This document shows, one piece after another, positions 44,425 to 53,898 of a DNA stretch of 64,000 nucleotides (the first letter of the stretch is position 1; every line of letters begins with the position of its first letter). The notes beneath the pieces are model-generated. The model saw nothing but the letters and a program-made list of their open reading frames with translations, did not search any database and had not been told where the DNA came from. Location of the stretch: the IMG/VR virus record IMGVR_UViG_3300045988_125866. One strand, 5' to 3'. Position numbers and translations under genes: made by a program. The DNA comes from a virus.

Positions 44425-44796
44425 ATGGAAAATAAAGAATTGACTCTTAATGAGTATCAGAAGGCAGCAATGACTACTTGCATGTCTAGTTGTGAGAACT
44501 TTAGCTACATGGTCCTTAATCTTATGGGTGAACTTGGAGAGTTTACTTCAAAGATTGGTAAGCTTATCAGAAAAGGAAAAGCTCACATCGAAAACAACAA
44601 GTTAGTGGTTCACGACGATGTTGAGTGTGTAGATTTTGAGGCAATCCGCGCAGAACTCGGTGACTGTTTTTGGCAGTTAAACGGAATCTGTTCTGTATTA
44701 GGATATAACGTAAATTCTATATGCAGGGAAAACTTAAAAAAACTTGCATCTCGAAAGGATAGAGGCAAGATAGACGGTAATGGTGATTTTAGATAG
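44425..44796 (+). CDS. MazG-like nucleoside triphosphate pyrophosphohydrolase (123 aa)
   Basis: LNEYQKAAMTT ... LMGELGEFTSKIGK ... ELGDCFWQL: the EExxE/D-type all-alpha NTP-PPase pattern. Confidence 0.65.
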   Translation: MENKELTLNEYQKAAMTTCMSSCENFSYMVLNLMGELGEFTSKIGKLIRKGKAHIENNKLVVHDDVECVDFEAIRAELGDCFWQLNGICSVLGYNVNSICRENLKKLASRKDRGKIDGNGDFR

Positions 44797-44877
44797 CCTA
44801 TGAACGTGAAAGAAGCACTACAAGACAGAGTACGGCATTAGCTTCCTCCATGGAAGCTGAAGATTATCTATACGCTT

Positions 44878-44917
44878 AGGGGTGGCTACACGTTATGTGC
44901 GGTCACCCCTTTTTTTG
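44878..44917. terminator. bidirectional terminator at the convergence of the + and - gene blocks
   Basis: ggggtg (44879-44884) ... cacccc (44904-44909) followed by tttttttg. Lies between the last + gene (44796) and the last - gene (44969). Confidence 0.7.
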
Positions 44918-44968
44918 TTTGTAAATCAACTAATAACCAATAAAAACATCAGAAAAAACTAAGAACGT

Positions 44969-45556
44969 TTAATGTAGCTTTAATTTCCAGTAAATCCAAC
45001 CTAAAAACGCGAGAACGCCTATAAAAAGACAAGCTGATGCAATCTTACCTATATTCAAGAAAACTCTGTCTGTCTTTGATAGTTGTTTCTCGACATATAC
45101 TTTATCTTTCGATATTTTACTTATCACTGAGATTAAGGAGTCGCACTTGCTATGATACATCGTCGTACTATCCTTGTATTCTTTAAGGCTCGAAATACTA
45201 TCTCTCAGTATCTGTACATCTTCCTGTGATAGCTCGTGATATTCGTAGTGAAATCTGTCTTCGCCGACTTTGTTTCCGTTCGCATCGTACTTCGAAGCTG
45301 TGCTGTCCCTTATATGCGTCTTCTCTTTTGTGGTGGATTTAACGGATTCATTATGCGATGCTTTATAAGATTCCAGTTCCTTAATAAGCCTTGCGTTAAA
45401 GAGCGAATCCCACTTAGCCTCGTTACGTTTATCAGAGATGTATGTCTGTTTTTCTATCACGCGCTCTTTCGCCTTACATCTACAGAACATTGATAGAATC
45501 AGCATTGCTACTGCAATAGCAATTACAACTCTTGTTATCTTATCAACCAGTTTCAT
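44969..45556 (-). CDS. membrane-anchored coiled-coil protein, spanin-like lysis accessory (195 aa)
   Basis: N- and C-terminal TM helices with a long charged helical centre. Last gene of the holin/lysin cluster. Confidence 0.45.
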   Translation of the reverse strand: MKLVDKITRVVIAIAVAMLILSMFCRCKAKERVIEKQTYISDKRNEAKWDSLFNARLIKELESYKASHNESVKSTTKEKTHIRDSTASKYDANGNKVGEDRFHYEYHELSQEDVQILRDSISSLKEYKDSTTMYHSKCDSLISVISKISKDKVYVEKQLSKTDRVFLNIGKIASACLFIGVLAFLGWIYWKLKLH

Positions 45557-45559
45557 AAG

Positions 45560-46021
45560 CTACTGAATTACAATCGTTACTTTTTCCTTTTTATCCCAAG
45601 CAGTCTTCATGGTCTGAATGAGCTTGCTTGTCCAGAATCTGGAATCGCTAACCCATCCTTTCTTATCGTTTTTACCGACAAGAATACACCCCTCAGTGTC
45701 TTTTGCAGAGTTACCGCTATGTATGCGTACCCCACCAAATCCTTTGACGTTCAGAAGCAATGGCAACATCTTCTTGAACCGGTTAGAGTAGGTGTATACA
45801 CATTCGTAGCTGCCGCTTGGTATCGCAGTCTGCCCATACACCTTTTTGTTCTTGATTTTGTTCAATTCCATTTCTTGATTCAGCCCTCTGTCTGTATCCT
45901 CAAGAGTGTTGCATCCGAACAAATTACCATTCACGTACAGACGACTGATAGTATAGTCGTCCTTTTTCCAGGCCCTATCAATTAGTACTTCCATTCTCGT
46001 TTTCCTCCTCTTTTTTATCAA
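45560..46021 (-). CDS. putative cell-wall hydrolase, DUF5675 / YkuD-like fold (153 aa)
   Basis: VRIHSGNSAKDTEGCILVG resembles the H...S/T-x-GC catalytic motif of L,D-transpeptidase-fold enzymes. Position between the holin-like and spanin-like genes. Confidence 0.5.
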   Translation of the reverse strand: MIKKRRKTRMEVLIDRAWKKDDYTISRLYVNGNLFGCNTLEDTDRGLNQEMELNKIKNKKVYGQTAIPSGSYECVYTYSNRFKKMLPLLLNVKGFGGVRIHSGNSAKDTEGCILVGKNDKKGWVSDSRFWTSKLIQTMKTAWDKKEKVTIVIQ

Positions 46022-46493
46022 ACTCCTGACTCAATCTCTCCAATATCGGCTTCCAATAGCTCGGCAATGCCTTTGCGAACTCAAACCTCAGAATGTAATA
46101 AATAACCCTGAATGAGATATTTTTAGGGTATGCCTTAATGAGATTTTTAAACGCATTGCATATATACACATAGCAGAATATATACGTGAGCATCTTGATC
46201 ACAAACAAAGCCTTGCTTCCGTCATTACAACCGACCATGATGCCGTATATGACGTAATCAATGGTCAGGTATAGCAACATTTCCAAAATGGCGTTTACGA
46301 ACTTCGATGCAGAAAAGTTCTTGCACCGCACAACACTTACACCATCGGCCCTCATTCCGCAGAAGATATTAAAGCCGAAAGCGATTACCAGCGCCAACAC
46401 GAAACCTTCAGTCGGCGTTGCAAAGGCGAGTATAGCAGAGAATATTGTCACCGCTATCTGCCGGATTTGGGAAGAATCTAACAAACCTATCAT
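45978..46493 (-). CDS. holin-like membrane protein (171 aa, 4 TM)
   Basis: Four hydrophobic helices and a charged C-terminus (KKEEENENGSTN). The TATATTTG -7 box (complement of 46549-46556) lies 55 nt upstream. Confidence 0.55.
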   Translation of the reverse strand: MIGLLDSSQIRQIAVTIFSAILAFATPTEGFVLALVIAFGFNIFCGMRADGVSVVRCKNFSASKFVNAILEMLLYLTIDYVIYGIMVGCNDGSKALFVIKMLTYIFCYVYICNAFKNLIKAYPKNISFRVIYYILRFEFAKALPSYWKPILERLSQEFDKKEEENENGSTN

Positions 46494-46597
46494 AATCGTT
46501 ATCCTGAATAATTTGTAATAAAAAAAATATAAGTTTCGGTCTTTTCTGCAAATATAGCAATAAAATCCCGAAACTCAATCAGATAACGATCAAAAAG

Positions 46598-47026
46598 TCA
46601 AACTTTTAGGTCATAAAATGGCAATTCTCCGTTAGCGAGAAACGAAATACACTCATCGAAGATTTTTCTCTCGTAGTCCATAGTGCCTATTTTAGGGAAC
46701 CACTTCCTTATCTTTTCGTCATTTCTGTTAACCATCTCTCCCCATAGCACACACCAGTCTGCTATATTGATTTTGTCGTTTTTCACTTCGTGCCAATAGT
46801 CTTTTGCTACGTCTTTCGTGTGCAGCTGCCCTATAAGACACAGGTGCATATCGGCCATTTCTTCATCATAGTTGCAACAAGACACCTCTCCTTGTATCTG
46901 CTTCATCATCTCAAGCATGGCGCTGTTATTCATACCTATCTCGCAACTCTCTATCATGATTTGCAGGCAAGCCTTCAACTCTTGCATGTCTTCGCACGAC
47001 ACGACATTCTCAAAAACCTTTTTCAT
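46598..47026 (-). CDS. hypothetical protein (142 aa)
   Basis: ORF track. Confidence 0.6.
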   Translation of the reverse strand: MKKVFENVVSCEDMQELKACLQIMIESCEIGMNNSAMLEMMKQIQGEVSCCNYDEEMADMHLCLIGQLHTKDVAKDYWHEVKNDKINIADWCVLWGEMVNRNDEKIRKWFPKIGTMDYERKIFDECISFLANGELPFYDLKV

Positions 47027-47045
47027 TATCTGTTTTTTTAAATGT

Positions 47046-47546
47046 TTATTTCATAAAATACTCTCTGATATCATATACGCCGTCCTTGTCTTTTAGCAAG
47101 TCGACAGCAAGGCTATATGCGTACACCAAAAGATGATCATCATCAATGTCGCTCAAACTGTCCTTGCCGAGAATCTTTGCTACGGTTTCTCCATGATCGC
47201 TCACCACTTGATTCATGGCCACGTACAAGGCATAGTCGTTATAGCAAGGGCTGTCTTCTGTGTGTAGATTGTGCTTTTTCATTTCTCCGGACCACACTTG
47301 CATATCCCAAGTAGCCTTTGGATCCATTTTCTGAATGATGGACAAAGCTTCCTTTTTCGTAAGGTAGTTCTTCCACTTGATGGCACATAGTTTCTCGATA
47401 TACTCTTGTGCCAGTTCGGGATGCCTGTCCGCCATATCCTTCATCATGCAGCGCATGGTATCACCAAACACGCGCATGTATTTCACGTTTGCCGACGTAG
47501 CCATTATTCCATATAGCTCATCAAAGTTTTTCATCAATTCTTCCAT
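47046..47546 (-). CDS. hypothetical protein (166 aa)
   Basis: ORF track. Confidence 0.6.
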   Translation of the reverse strand: MEELMKNFDELYGIMATSANVKYMRVFGDTMRCMMKDMADRHPELAQEYIEKLCAIKWKNYLTKKEALSIIQKMDPKATWDMQVWSGEMKKHNLHTEDSPCYNDYALYVAMNQVVSDHGETVAKILGKDSLSDIDDDHLLVYAYSLAVDLLKDKDGVYDIREYFMK

Positions 47547-47553
47547 ATCCGTA

Positions 47554-47985
47554 TTATTCAGTTAATAAATTTTTTAATTCAGCAAAATCGCTCTCTCCAA
47601 AACCAATACTCTTCTTGCTCCCGAAAAGAAGTGTCGTGAAGATATTGTCGGGTAGGTCAATATACAGAGTTCCGCCATCAATCCTACCGCTTATGAATCC
47701 AATCTCAAAGCTATAGTTGTCAATGGTTTTTAGCATCTGCATGGCATCGTCAAAGATGGTATCTACATTAATATCACCATTCTCGTCACCGATAAACAAT
47801 GCTGCATTATCAATAGTTTTACCTAACTTCTCCTTGTTGATGGATATGATATTGTGCGCCGCACGTTTCATGTAGACGGAAGGAATTGCCAATGCAGGGT
47901 TCTCCTTCACCATGTCACTTATTCTTGCGTCTGCCCACAGGTCTAACGATGTAAGCAGCTTCTCTTTAAGTTCCGTTATGTTCAT
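47554..47985 (-). CDS. hypothetical protein (143 aa)
   Basis: ORF track. Confidence 0.6.
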   Translation of the reverse strand: MNITELKEKLLTSLDLWADARISDMVKENPALAIPSVYMKRAAHNIISINKEKLGKTIDNAALFIGDENGDINVDTIFDDAMQMLKTIDNYSFEIGFISGRIDGGTLYIDLPDNIFTTLLFGSKKSIGFGESDFAELKNLLTE

Positions 47986-48476
47986 TTCTTAACTCCTCCT
48001 TTCTTTGTTTTGTTGTACCATACGAGGTATTCTTGCCAAGTTTTGTCGCTGTGGTTAGTCATATAATCGTTGAGCATGGCAGATTTCTGCTCCTCTGCTT
48101 GTGCTACTTCTTTTCTCAGTCTTTGCATCAAGGACAAGTGTTTCTTCAATGCCTCCTGTCCTTGCTGAGTGCTTTCGATACGAGGGCGTATGATACGCAA
48201 CTCCTCATCTTGCACTAACTTAGACACATATTGCAAGCTATTGACGTATTCTTGGTTTTGCATCAAGTACTGACGTTGTGCGCCCGTAAGATTGTCCTCT
48301 ATCTTGTCTATCTCATCCCAAAGTGGTGTGGAAGACTGCTGCGCTTGCATGTTGATAGATGCTCGCTTCTGCTGTATTGCCTCATACATCTTCTGTAGCT
48401 CTGCATCCAACACCTGAGGCTGCTGTTGCTGACTTGTGCCCATATCAAGCAAAGGGCTGTTTCCAAAATTCATCAT
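47982..48476 (-). CDS. hypothetical Gln-rich coiled-coil protein (164 aa)
   Basis: In frame with track ORF 47982-48545. Start moved to MMNFGNSPLL (cat cat at 48471-48476). Confidence 0.55.
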   Translation of the reverse strand: MMNFGNSPLLDMGTSQQQQPQVLDAELQKMYEAIQQKRASINMQAQQSSTPLWDEIDKIEDNLTGAQRQYLMQNQEYVNSLQYVSKLVQDEELRIIRPRIESTQQGQEALKKHLSLMQRLRKEVAQAEEQKSAMLNDYMTNHSDKTWQEYLVWYNKTKKGGVKK

Positions 48477-48599
48477 AATCAATATCTTTAAGTTGGTGAT
48501 ATATTTTAGAGAGGTGAGAGGGCATCCACCAACGAGGGCAAACACCCCTCACCAACTCATTTCTTTTTAGTCCTTTTTACAGACTTCCTTGCTGCTCTG

Positions 48600-49331
48600 T
48601 TACGCTCCTGTAGTGGGAGTTGAGGGAGTGGAGGGAGTGGAGGGAGTGGCACAGTTACAGCCGTAGCTGCCGTAACCAGAAACTACTGGCGTAGATGGGA
48701 GTACCAACTGACCACGAAGACAGTTACATGTCTTCTCGTTCACGTAAGCCATCATCAGCTTCTCCTTGTAAGGAGTAAGAGCTTCCATTACGGCCACCTT
48801 CTTGTCAAGGTCGCAATACTTTGCTTGCAACGCATCGTACTGGTCTCTCTGATTCTTGTACAGACCGAAGTCCGCATCAATCTGAGACTTGTACAGACCG
48901 AACTCAGCCTGCATTGCACGGCGGTTCTCAGCGTTGATAGCATCTGTAGCACCCTTGTACATAGAGAACTTCTCAGCGATGTCTGTCTCGCGCATAGCGT
49001 AGAACTTATTATCAGTGTCGAGCTTCAAGCCGAACATGTCGGTAAGCAACTTCACCTCATCAGCGCATTCCTTCTCCATTACCTGCAATGCGGTTGGCTG
49101 ATTTGAGCTTGAGTTAGCTCCGTAAGTGTTGATGTTTACGTTCTCAGGCATATTGCTGCCACCGAGAGAGCCGAATATACCACGACCATTGCCGTTGAGC
49201 AAAGCTAAAGCCAAGCCACCGATACCAATGCCAAGTGCGGTTCCTGCCAGACCCTTGCTGGCATACTCATCGTGCTTCTTTCCCTCTTCGTAGATTTTCT
49301 TCTCTACGACCTTTGCATCTGTCATTTCCAT
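48600..49331 (-). CDS. hypothetical protein with Gly-rich TM segment and C-terminal (TPS)n tail (243 aa)
   Basis: ORF track. The C-terminal TPSTPSTPSTPTTGA is encoded by 9-bp repeats (48613-48648). The TACCTTTG -7 box (complement of 49387-49394) lies upstream. Confidence 0.6.
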   Translation of the reverse strand: MEMTDAKVVEKKIYEEGKKHDEYASKGLAGTALGIGIGGLALALLNGNGRGIFGSLGGSNMPENVNINTYGANSSSNQPTALQVMEKECADEVKLLTDMFGLKLDTDNKFYAMRETDIAEKFSMYKGATDAINAENRRAMQAEFGLYKSQIDADFGLYKNQRDQYDALQAKYCDLDKKVAVMEALTPYKEKLMMAYVNEKTCNCLRGQLVLPSTPVVSGYGSYGCNCATPSTPSTPSTPTTGA

Positions 49332-49545
49332 AATACAATCTTTTGAAATCCTTAATATTAACTAACACTATTGTAACGTTACGATGCAAAGGTACAGCGA
49401 ATTAATAAGAACAAATATAACTCTATCACACTTTCTTTTATTGGTTGATTATCAGTGTTTTAAGGTGATAGTAGGTAATATCATTTTGAGCTAATATAGG
49501 GGGAATAAAAATCTTTTCCAATCTTGCAAACATTGGAAAGGATTG

Positions 49546-49578
49546 AAAACAAAAAGAGAGGCAATCACTTACCTCTCT
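49546..49578 (-). terminator. intrinsic terminator (minus strand)
   Basis: agagagg/cctctct stem (49555-49578). On the minus strand it is followed by tttttgtttt. Confidence 0.65.
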
Positions 49579-49583
49579 TTAGC

Positions 49584-49790
49584 TTATAAGAAACAATTAA
49601 AATACAGATACAGTCCAACTCCGAGCCACATTGTCAATATCATAGTTGACATCGTTACCCAAGCCAGGAAGAACTTATCGACCTTCTCGTACTCATGCGT
49701 AATGTATAGGTATGCAATGAACGTGCAATTAATGACGACTATCATTGCTACTATAATCAAAGTCTGAAACACAAAGTCCATAATACTCAT
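49584..49790 (-). CDS. small 2-TM membrane protein (68 aa)
   Basis: ORF track. Two hydrophobic helices. Confidence 0.55.
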   Translation of the reverse strand: MSIMDFVFQTLIIVAMIVVINCTFIAYLYITHEYEKVDKFFLAWVTMSTMILTMWLGVGLYLYFNCFL

Positions 49791-49830
49791 ACATACTCGC
49801 TTATCCGTGATGCGATAGGGCTTTCATACG

Positions 49831-50202
49831 TTATAATTTTCTCTTACTCTTAATGTAGTGCAGAATATCCCACTTCTTAAAATATCGGGTGTGACCTCGT
49901 TTCTTGCACTCGCCATTCGGAATATCACCCCTTGCCACCATTCTATTAAGGGTAGCATCAGAAACGTGCAGTTTCTCCTTGACTTCCTCGGTGCTCATCA
50001 TCGGGTTGAGCATATCAGGAATAATATCACACAGTCTATCCAGGTCCTCATCGCTCATCCCGCAAGCGGTAATCTTTTCACCATTTCGCTGCTGCTCGTC
50101 TGCCTTAAAGCAAGCGTCACTCAGCGACTTCAAAGCCGTGCCGAGCAACTTATAATTTAGTATCTTTCCCATATTACCTTTGTTTTTACGAAAAATTCTC
50201 AA
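49831..50202 (-). CDS. excisionase-family HTH DNA-binding protein (123 aa)
   Basis: C-terminal LHVSDATLNRMVARGDIPNGECKKRGHTRYFKKWDILHYI is a MerR/Xis-type winged HTH. Confidence 0.55.
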   Translation of the reverse strand: MRIFRKNKGNMGKILNYKLLGTALKSLSDACFKADEQQRNGEKITACGMSDEDLDRLCDIIPDMLNPMMSTEEVKEKLHVSDATLNRMVARGDIPNGECKKRGHTRYFKKWDILHYIKSKRKL

Positions 50203-50211
50203 AAATCGCCT

Positions 50212-50718
50212 TTATGCGCAGATTTTACGTCCTAATTTGGTTCGACTAATGAACATATCAAAAAATCCGTATATATAAAACATTGCCGTTACTATCATGA
50301 CAGTAAAACACGAATCAATCATATCTTGAGTTGTGTACCAACTCCACTCTACAATATGGGCAGCGTTGATACCGAAGAAGTAGAAAAATGGTATTCTATA
50401 TCTCCAACAAAGGAAAAAGAATCGGCTTGCTAATATCAAAACCATAGGTAAAATATAAACCATAAAATAGATGAATAAATAGCAGGGAAAATTCTCATTA
50501 TTAGTTATGAACATTTCCCTTGGATGCTGACTAAAATCCCACATTCCATAAGCGTGTAAGCACATAATAATTATTGGAACGTACTTACAGAACCAGCAAA
50601 AGAATTTCAGAATCCTTCTGCTATACCGATTTCCGTGCTTCATCAGCAAGTTCATCACTTCACTTACGTCTTTGTCTTGCAACCACCTTAATAAGTCGCC
50701 TTCGTCTTCTTTATTCAT
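50212..50718 (-). CDS. polytopic membrane protein (168 aa)
   Basis: ORF track. 4 TM helices. Confidence 0.6.
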   Translation of the reverse strand: MNKEDEGDLLRWLQDKDVSEVMNLLMKHGNRYSRRILKFFCWFCKYVPIIIMCLHAYGMWDFSQHPREMFITNNENFPCYLFIYFMVYILPMVLILASRFFFLCWRYRIPFFYFFGINAAHIVEWSWYTTQDMIDSCFTVMIVTAMFYIYGFFDMFISRTKLGRKICA

Positions 50719-50740
50719 AATTTTCGGTTTTAAGATTCAA

Positions 50741-50830
50741 AATAAGATGGTTGCAAAGTTACATTTCTGTTGTAATAACGCAAGAAAAATGTCAGATTGC
50801 TATTGTTAAACTTTGCTAAACCATCTTATT
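50741..50830. repeat. 90-bp palindromic element (20-bp arms) containing a -7 promoter box
   Basis: Left arm aataagatggttgcaaagtt (50741-50760). Right arm aactttgc-ta-aaccatcttatt (50809-50830); 20/20 paired with a 2-nt bulge and a 48-nt loop. The minus-strand TAACTTTG (complement of 50754-50761) lies inside the left arm, 36 nt upstream of ATG 50718. Confidence 0.8.
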
Positions 50831-50854
50831 GTTACCAATAACGGCGTTTTACTA

Positions 50855-51379
50855 TCAATTTGTTATCCAGTACGTCACGAATACGTCCAGAAACCCTGCA
50901 ACCTCTGCCATATACCACACAGGCTTATATCCTTCGTCATCGTCCGAACAGCTTACGAGTAGCAGATAGATAAGAGCTATTACAGCCGTTGGTACCCAGC
51001 ACACCGACAGACACCAGCCTACACACCCTGCCGCAGCTATAAGCGCACCTCCTTTGTGAATAGGGTAGGCATCAGCATCGAGATAGTTGGGTGCTGCACC
51101 TACAAACATCAGTCCTGCGCAACCTATGAAGGCGAGACACTGTATGCCCTTACCTATGGTGAGCATACATATCATCATCAGTACCGCACACGTAACCATT
51201 ACTGCCGTGAATAGCCAACCATAATTCCGTTTGCGGTTGTCTCCGATGATTTCACTACCAGTACAACCCTGTAGCTGATAGTACACGTCACTCACCATAG
51301 CTGGCACACCGAAGCGCATAGCTGATAACAACAGAAATCCTCCAAGCAAGAGGAATGAAATCAATGAAAATATCCACAT
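50855..51379 (-). CDS. polytopic membrane protein (174 aa)
   Basis: ORF track. 5-6 TM helices. Confidence 0.6.
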   Translation of the reverse strand: MWIFSLISFLLLGGFLLLSAMRFGVPAMVSDVYYQLQGCTGSEIIGDNRKRNYGWLFTAVMVTCAVLMMICMLTIGKGIQCLAFIGCAGLMFVGAAPNYLDADAYPIHKGGALIAAAGCVGWCLSVCWVPTAVIALIYLLLVSCSDDDEGYKPVWYMAEVAGFLDVFVTYWITN

Positions 51380-51401
51380 AATACTTAACTTTTTAATCGT
51401 T

Positions 51402-51995
51402 CTACAACTTCATTTCGAGTTGCTTTGGATAGTCGGCAGTCACATCGAATGCCTCTACCTCTTTGATGGTCTTCAGCTCAGCCACGTCAGCCTTGTGCTT
51501 GGCAGTGACATTGAAGCATTCCAGGGCATACATTTCCAGCGCACTCAGCAACTGGATAGCCTTATCACAATCCACCTCCAGCTTAACGTCTCCAAGCCAA
51601 AGCGTAGTAGTCTGCTGACCTGCTGCCTTGGCGATGGTGGTGGAGTTCATCAAACCCACTCTCGTAGCCTTGTCAAGCCAAACGGTCATACCATTCAATA
51701 CAAAGCCATTGACCTTGCTAGAGGTATCATAAGCCTCAATCTCAGCAACCTTTGAGCGGATGCTATAGGCTAGCTCGGATGCATCGTGCTTGGTTTTCCA
51801 AGTCTCGTATTCAGCCTTAACCTCGTCGGCATTGTAATCAGTTACTGACACGGAGCATTCCACACACTCGTAGGCACCCATGCCTTCCTTTTCGGCTGGG
51901 TCGAAATGGATAAGGTAGATACCACCTTCTACTTCCTCTTTTTCTTTGTAATCGCTCTTGGCGATAATAGTCTTAACAAATGAAATCTTGCTCAT
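51402..51995 (-). CDS. DUF4376-like protein (tail-fibre-associated/assembly-like), 197 aa
   Basis: The pattern FVLNGMTVWLDKATRVGLMNS...LWLGDVKLEVDCDKAIQLLSALEMYALECFNVTAKHK resembles the DUF4376 domain seen next to phage fibres. From memory. Confidence 0.45.
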   Translation of the reverse strand: MSKISFVKTIIAKSDYKEKEEVEGGIYLIHFDPAEKEGMGAYECVECSVSVTDYNADEVKAEYETWKTKHDASELAYSIRSKVAEIEAYDTSSKVNGFVLNGMTVWLDKATRVGLMNSTTIAKAAGQQTTTLWLGDVKLEVDCDKAIQLLSALEMYALECFNVTAKHKADVAELKTIKEVEAFDVTADYPKQLEMKL

Positions 51996-52003
51996 ATTTA
52001 TAC

Positions 52004-53212
52004 TTATTTATGATTGTTTCTGATACATATCTTCCGCATATTTTGGCAATAGACAACATCCTTGTGCCGCATCATATTCCAAGCCTGCCATCTGATAGCG
52101 TAGGTATCACGACGAATCATCAGCCCTAGAAGGGAATTACATCTACAAGCAAATACCATTGCATCCTTGCTAGTAGGTTCATCTATCTCGTTCCACCACT
52201 TTATCAGTCCAAACAGATGGTCTCTTGTTCGGTTGATGGTATAGCACCTATGCGGCTTAATGATTGCGCCTGTCATTTGCACACCCTTCTTAGCCTCTTG
52301 GAGATAGACCTTATCAGGATGGAGAGTAAGCCCTAGATTTACCTTTAGCCATTTTCTTGCATCCTCCAAGGTATCTAGCAGCAATCGCTTGTCACGACTT
52401 ATGCAGACAAAATCATCAACATACCTTCCATAGCCCGAACCATCGCCCATCCTAGCCATTATCCACTTGTCGAAGATGCCCATCAGCAGATTGGCGAGTA
52501 TCTGACTAGGTAAATTGCCAATCGGTAATCCCTTGCCTTTCTCGTTCGTGAATAACGACTTATTCTTAGGCAGCTTGGCAAAGAGCGACAAATCTCCAAC
52601 CTTGATGCAATTTTTGGTAGGGTCGTGGAGGACGACTTTCTTCCATAACCATAACCAAAACTCTATATCGTTCTCGTGATACTCCTTTCGGATAATGTCC
52701 CCTACGATGTTATAGAGTCGTTGGCGGTTAATGCTCATAAAGAAGCCACTTAGGTCACACCTCAATATCCAGGCCTCCAAGGCATAATCTCCACTGATAG
52801 CCTCTATCTGACCTATAAGATGATTGATACCATAATCAACACCCTTACCCTTGCGACAAGCATAGGCGTTATCGGTCATATATTGCTCGAAGATAGACAA
52901 GAACTTGATAGCTAATATGTGATGTACTATTCTGTCCTTGAAGGTAGCACACCATACTTCCCGAAGCTTCGGGCGAGTGACACAGAAAGCCTTGCTCTGA
53001 CCTATCTCGTAGGTCATACTATTCAGCTCCAGATATAGCTGGTAGTTATTGGTGAGGAAGTTCATCTTATACTCGATGCAACCCCAAGTACTGCCCTTAT
53101 GCTTGCAGCAGTCTCGAAAGCCTTCATCTACAAGTTCTATCGGCACATATTCCCTCGCTATGTCGGTAGTCGTATTCTCTTCATAATCGGTCATTATATC
53201 AAATTTAAGCAT
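52004..53212 (-). CDS. DGR reverse transcriptase (402 aa)
   Basis: RPKLREVWCATFKDRIVHHIL, LRCDLSGFFMSI, GLPIGNLPSQILANLLM (the DGR-specific I/LGxxxSQ motif), YGRYVDDFVCI (YxDD). Directly downstream of the TR and Avd. Confidence 0.92.
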   Translation of the reverse strand: MLKFDIMTDYEENTTTDIAREYVPIELVDEGFRDCCKHKGSTWGCIEYKMNFLTNNYQLYLELNSMTYEIGQSKAFCVTRPKLREVWCATFKDRIVHHILAIKFLSIFEQYMTDNAYACRKGKGVDYGINHLIGQIEAISGDYALEAWILRCDLSGFFMSINRQRLYNIVGDIIRKEYHENDIEFWLWLWKKVVLHDPTKNCIKVGDLSLFAKLPKNKSLFTNEKGKGLPIGNLPSQILANLLMGIFDKWIMARMGDGSGYGRYVDDFVCISRDKRLLLDTLEDARKWLKVNLGLTLHPDKVYLQEAKKGVQMTGAIIKPHRCYTINRTRDHLFGLIKWWNEIDEPTSKDAMVFACRCNSLLGLMIRRDTYAIRWQAWNMMRHKDVVYCQNMRKICIRNNHK

Positions 53213-53243
53213 ACAGAAAATCTTATCGTCACTAAGTGATAAT

Positions 53244-53334
53244 CGAAAACTGGCAGGACATAGTAGCTATTGTTCTTGTTGTTGTTGTTCGCCTGAGAAT
53301 TGTAGTACCAAGCGTTCGTGGCATTGTTCTGCGT
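53244..53334 (-). repeat. DGR template repeat (TR), 91 nt (possibly 53240-53336)
   Basis: 80/91 identical to 53907-53997. On the coding (minus) strand it reads T Q N N A T N A W Y Y N S Q A N N N N K N N S Y Y V L P V F, rich in AAC/AAT, with 32 adenines. Confidence 0.92.
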
Positions 53335-53424
53335 TTACGGCTTCACTGACTTATTCCTAGCAACTCCATCCCTCAGAGGATGGCTGATTGCGGAAGCCCC
53401 TTGTCACATTTAGTGACGGCTCTC

Positions 53425-53805
53425 TTACCTTGCCGTAGCTCGGTAACTCTCACCTTTGCGATTCCTTGTCGATTTCAGCCAGCCATATCCCTCTTGCAAT
53501 ACCTTGTCAACTACATAGTTTAGGTTGGTTGCCGCCTTCACGCTCAAAAACTGCGCTTCGGCAAAGAGGGTGATTCTAGACTTGACCTCTGATAGACAAA
53601 GGATGAACTCGTTCAGATTGCGCTCACGGTCTTCAAAGGATGAGTTAATCCTTCTCACCAAGTCCAAGGCTGTGCAAGCCTTGCTTATCGCTACCTCGAA
53701 CTGTCCGTACCTCACTATCTTGCTAATAGTCTTAGAATAGTTCAATAGTAGCTTGCACAAGGTGAACGTGTCCTTGTATATCTGTAGATTCTCTGTATAT
53801 GCCAT
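53425..53805 (-). CDS. avd: DGR accessory variability determinant (Avd-like four-helix-bundle protein), 126 aa
   Basis: Size, helical character, basic C-terminus and position between the target gene and the TR. Resembles the 23S-rRNA-IVS/Avd family. Confidence 0.75.
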   Translation of the reverse strand: MAYTENLQIYKDTFTLCKLLLNYSKTISKIVRYGQFEVAISKACTALDLVRRINSSFEDRERNLNEFILCLSEVKSRITLFAEAQFLSVKAATNLNYVVDKVLQEGYGWLKSTRNRKGESYRATAR

Positions 53806-53898
53806 GGTTATTTATTCTAAAAATTGCATACTTGCTTGCTTATCTTGCTTGCCACCTCCCTTCCGTGGAAGAGATAAAGAGGCAAAGAGATAAAGAGG

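Noticed and set aside
48613-48648. 9-bp repeats (gagggagtg, three copies plus a degenerate fourth) as a phase-variation tract
   Set aside because: The unit length is a multiple of three, so slippage would only change the length of the C-terminal TPS tail and not switch the gene on or off. Noted in the feature evidence only.
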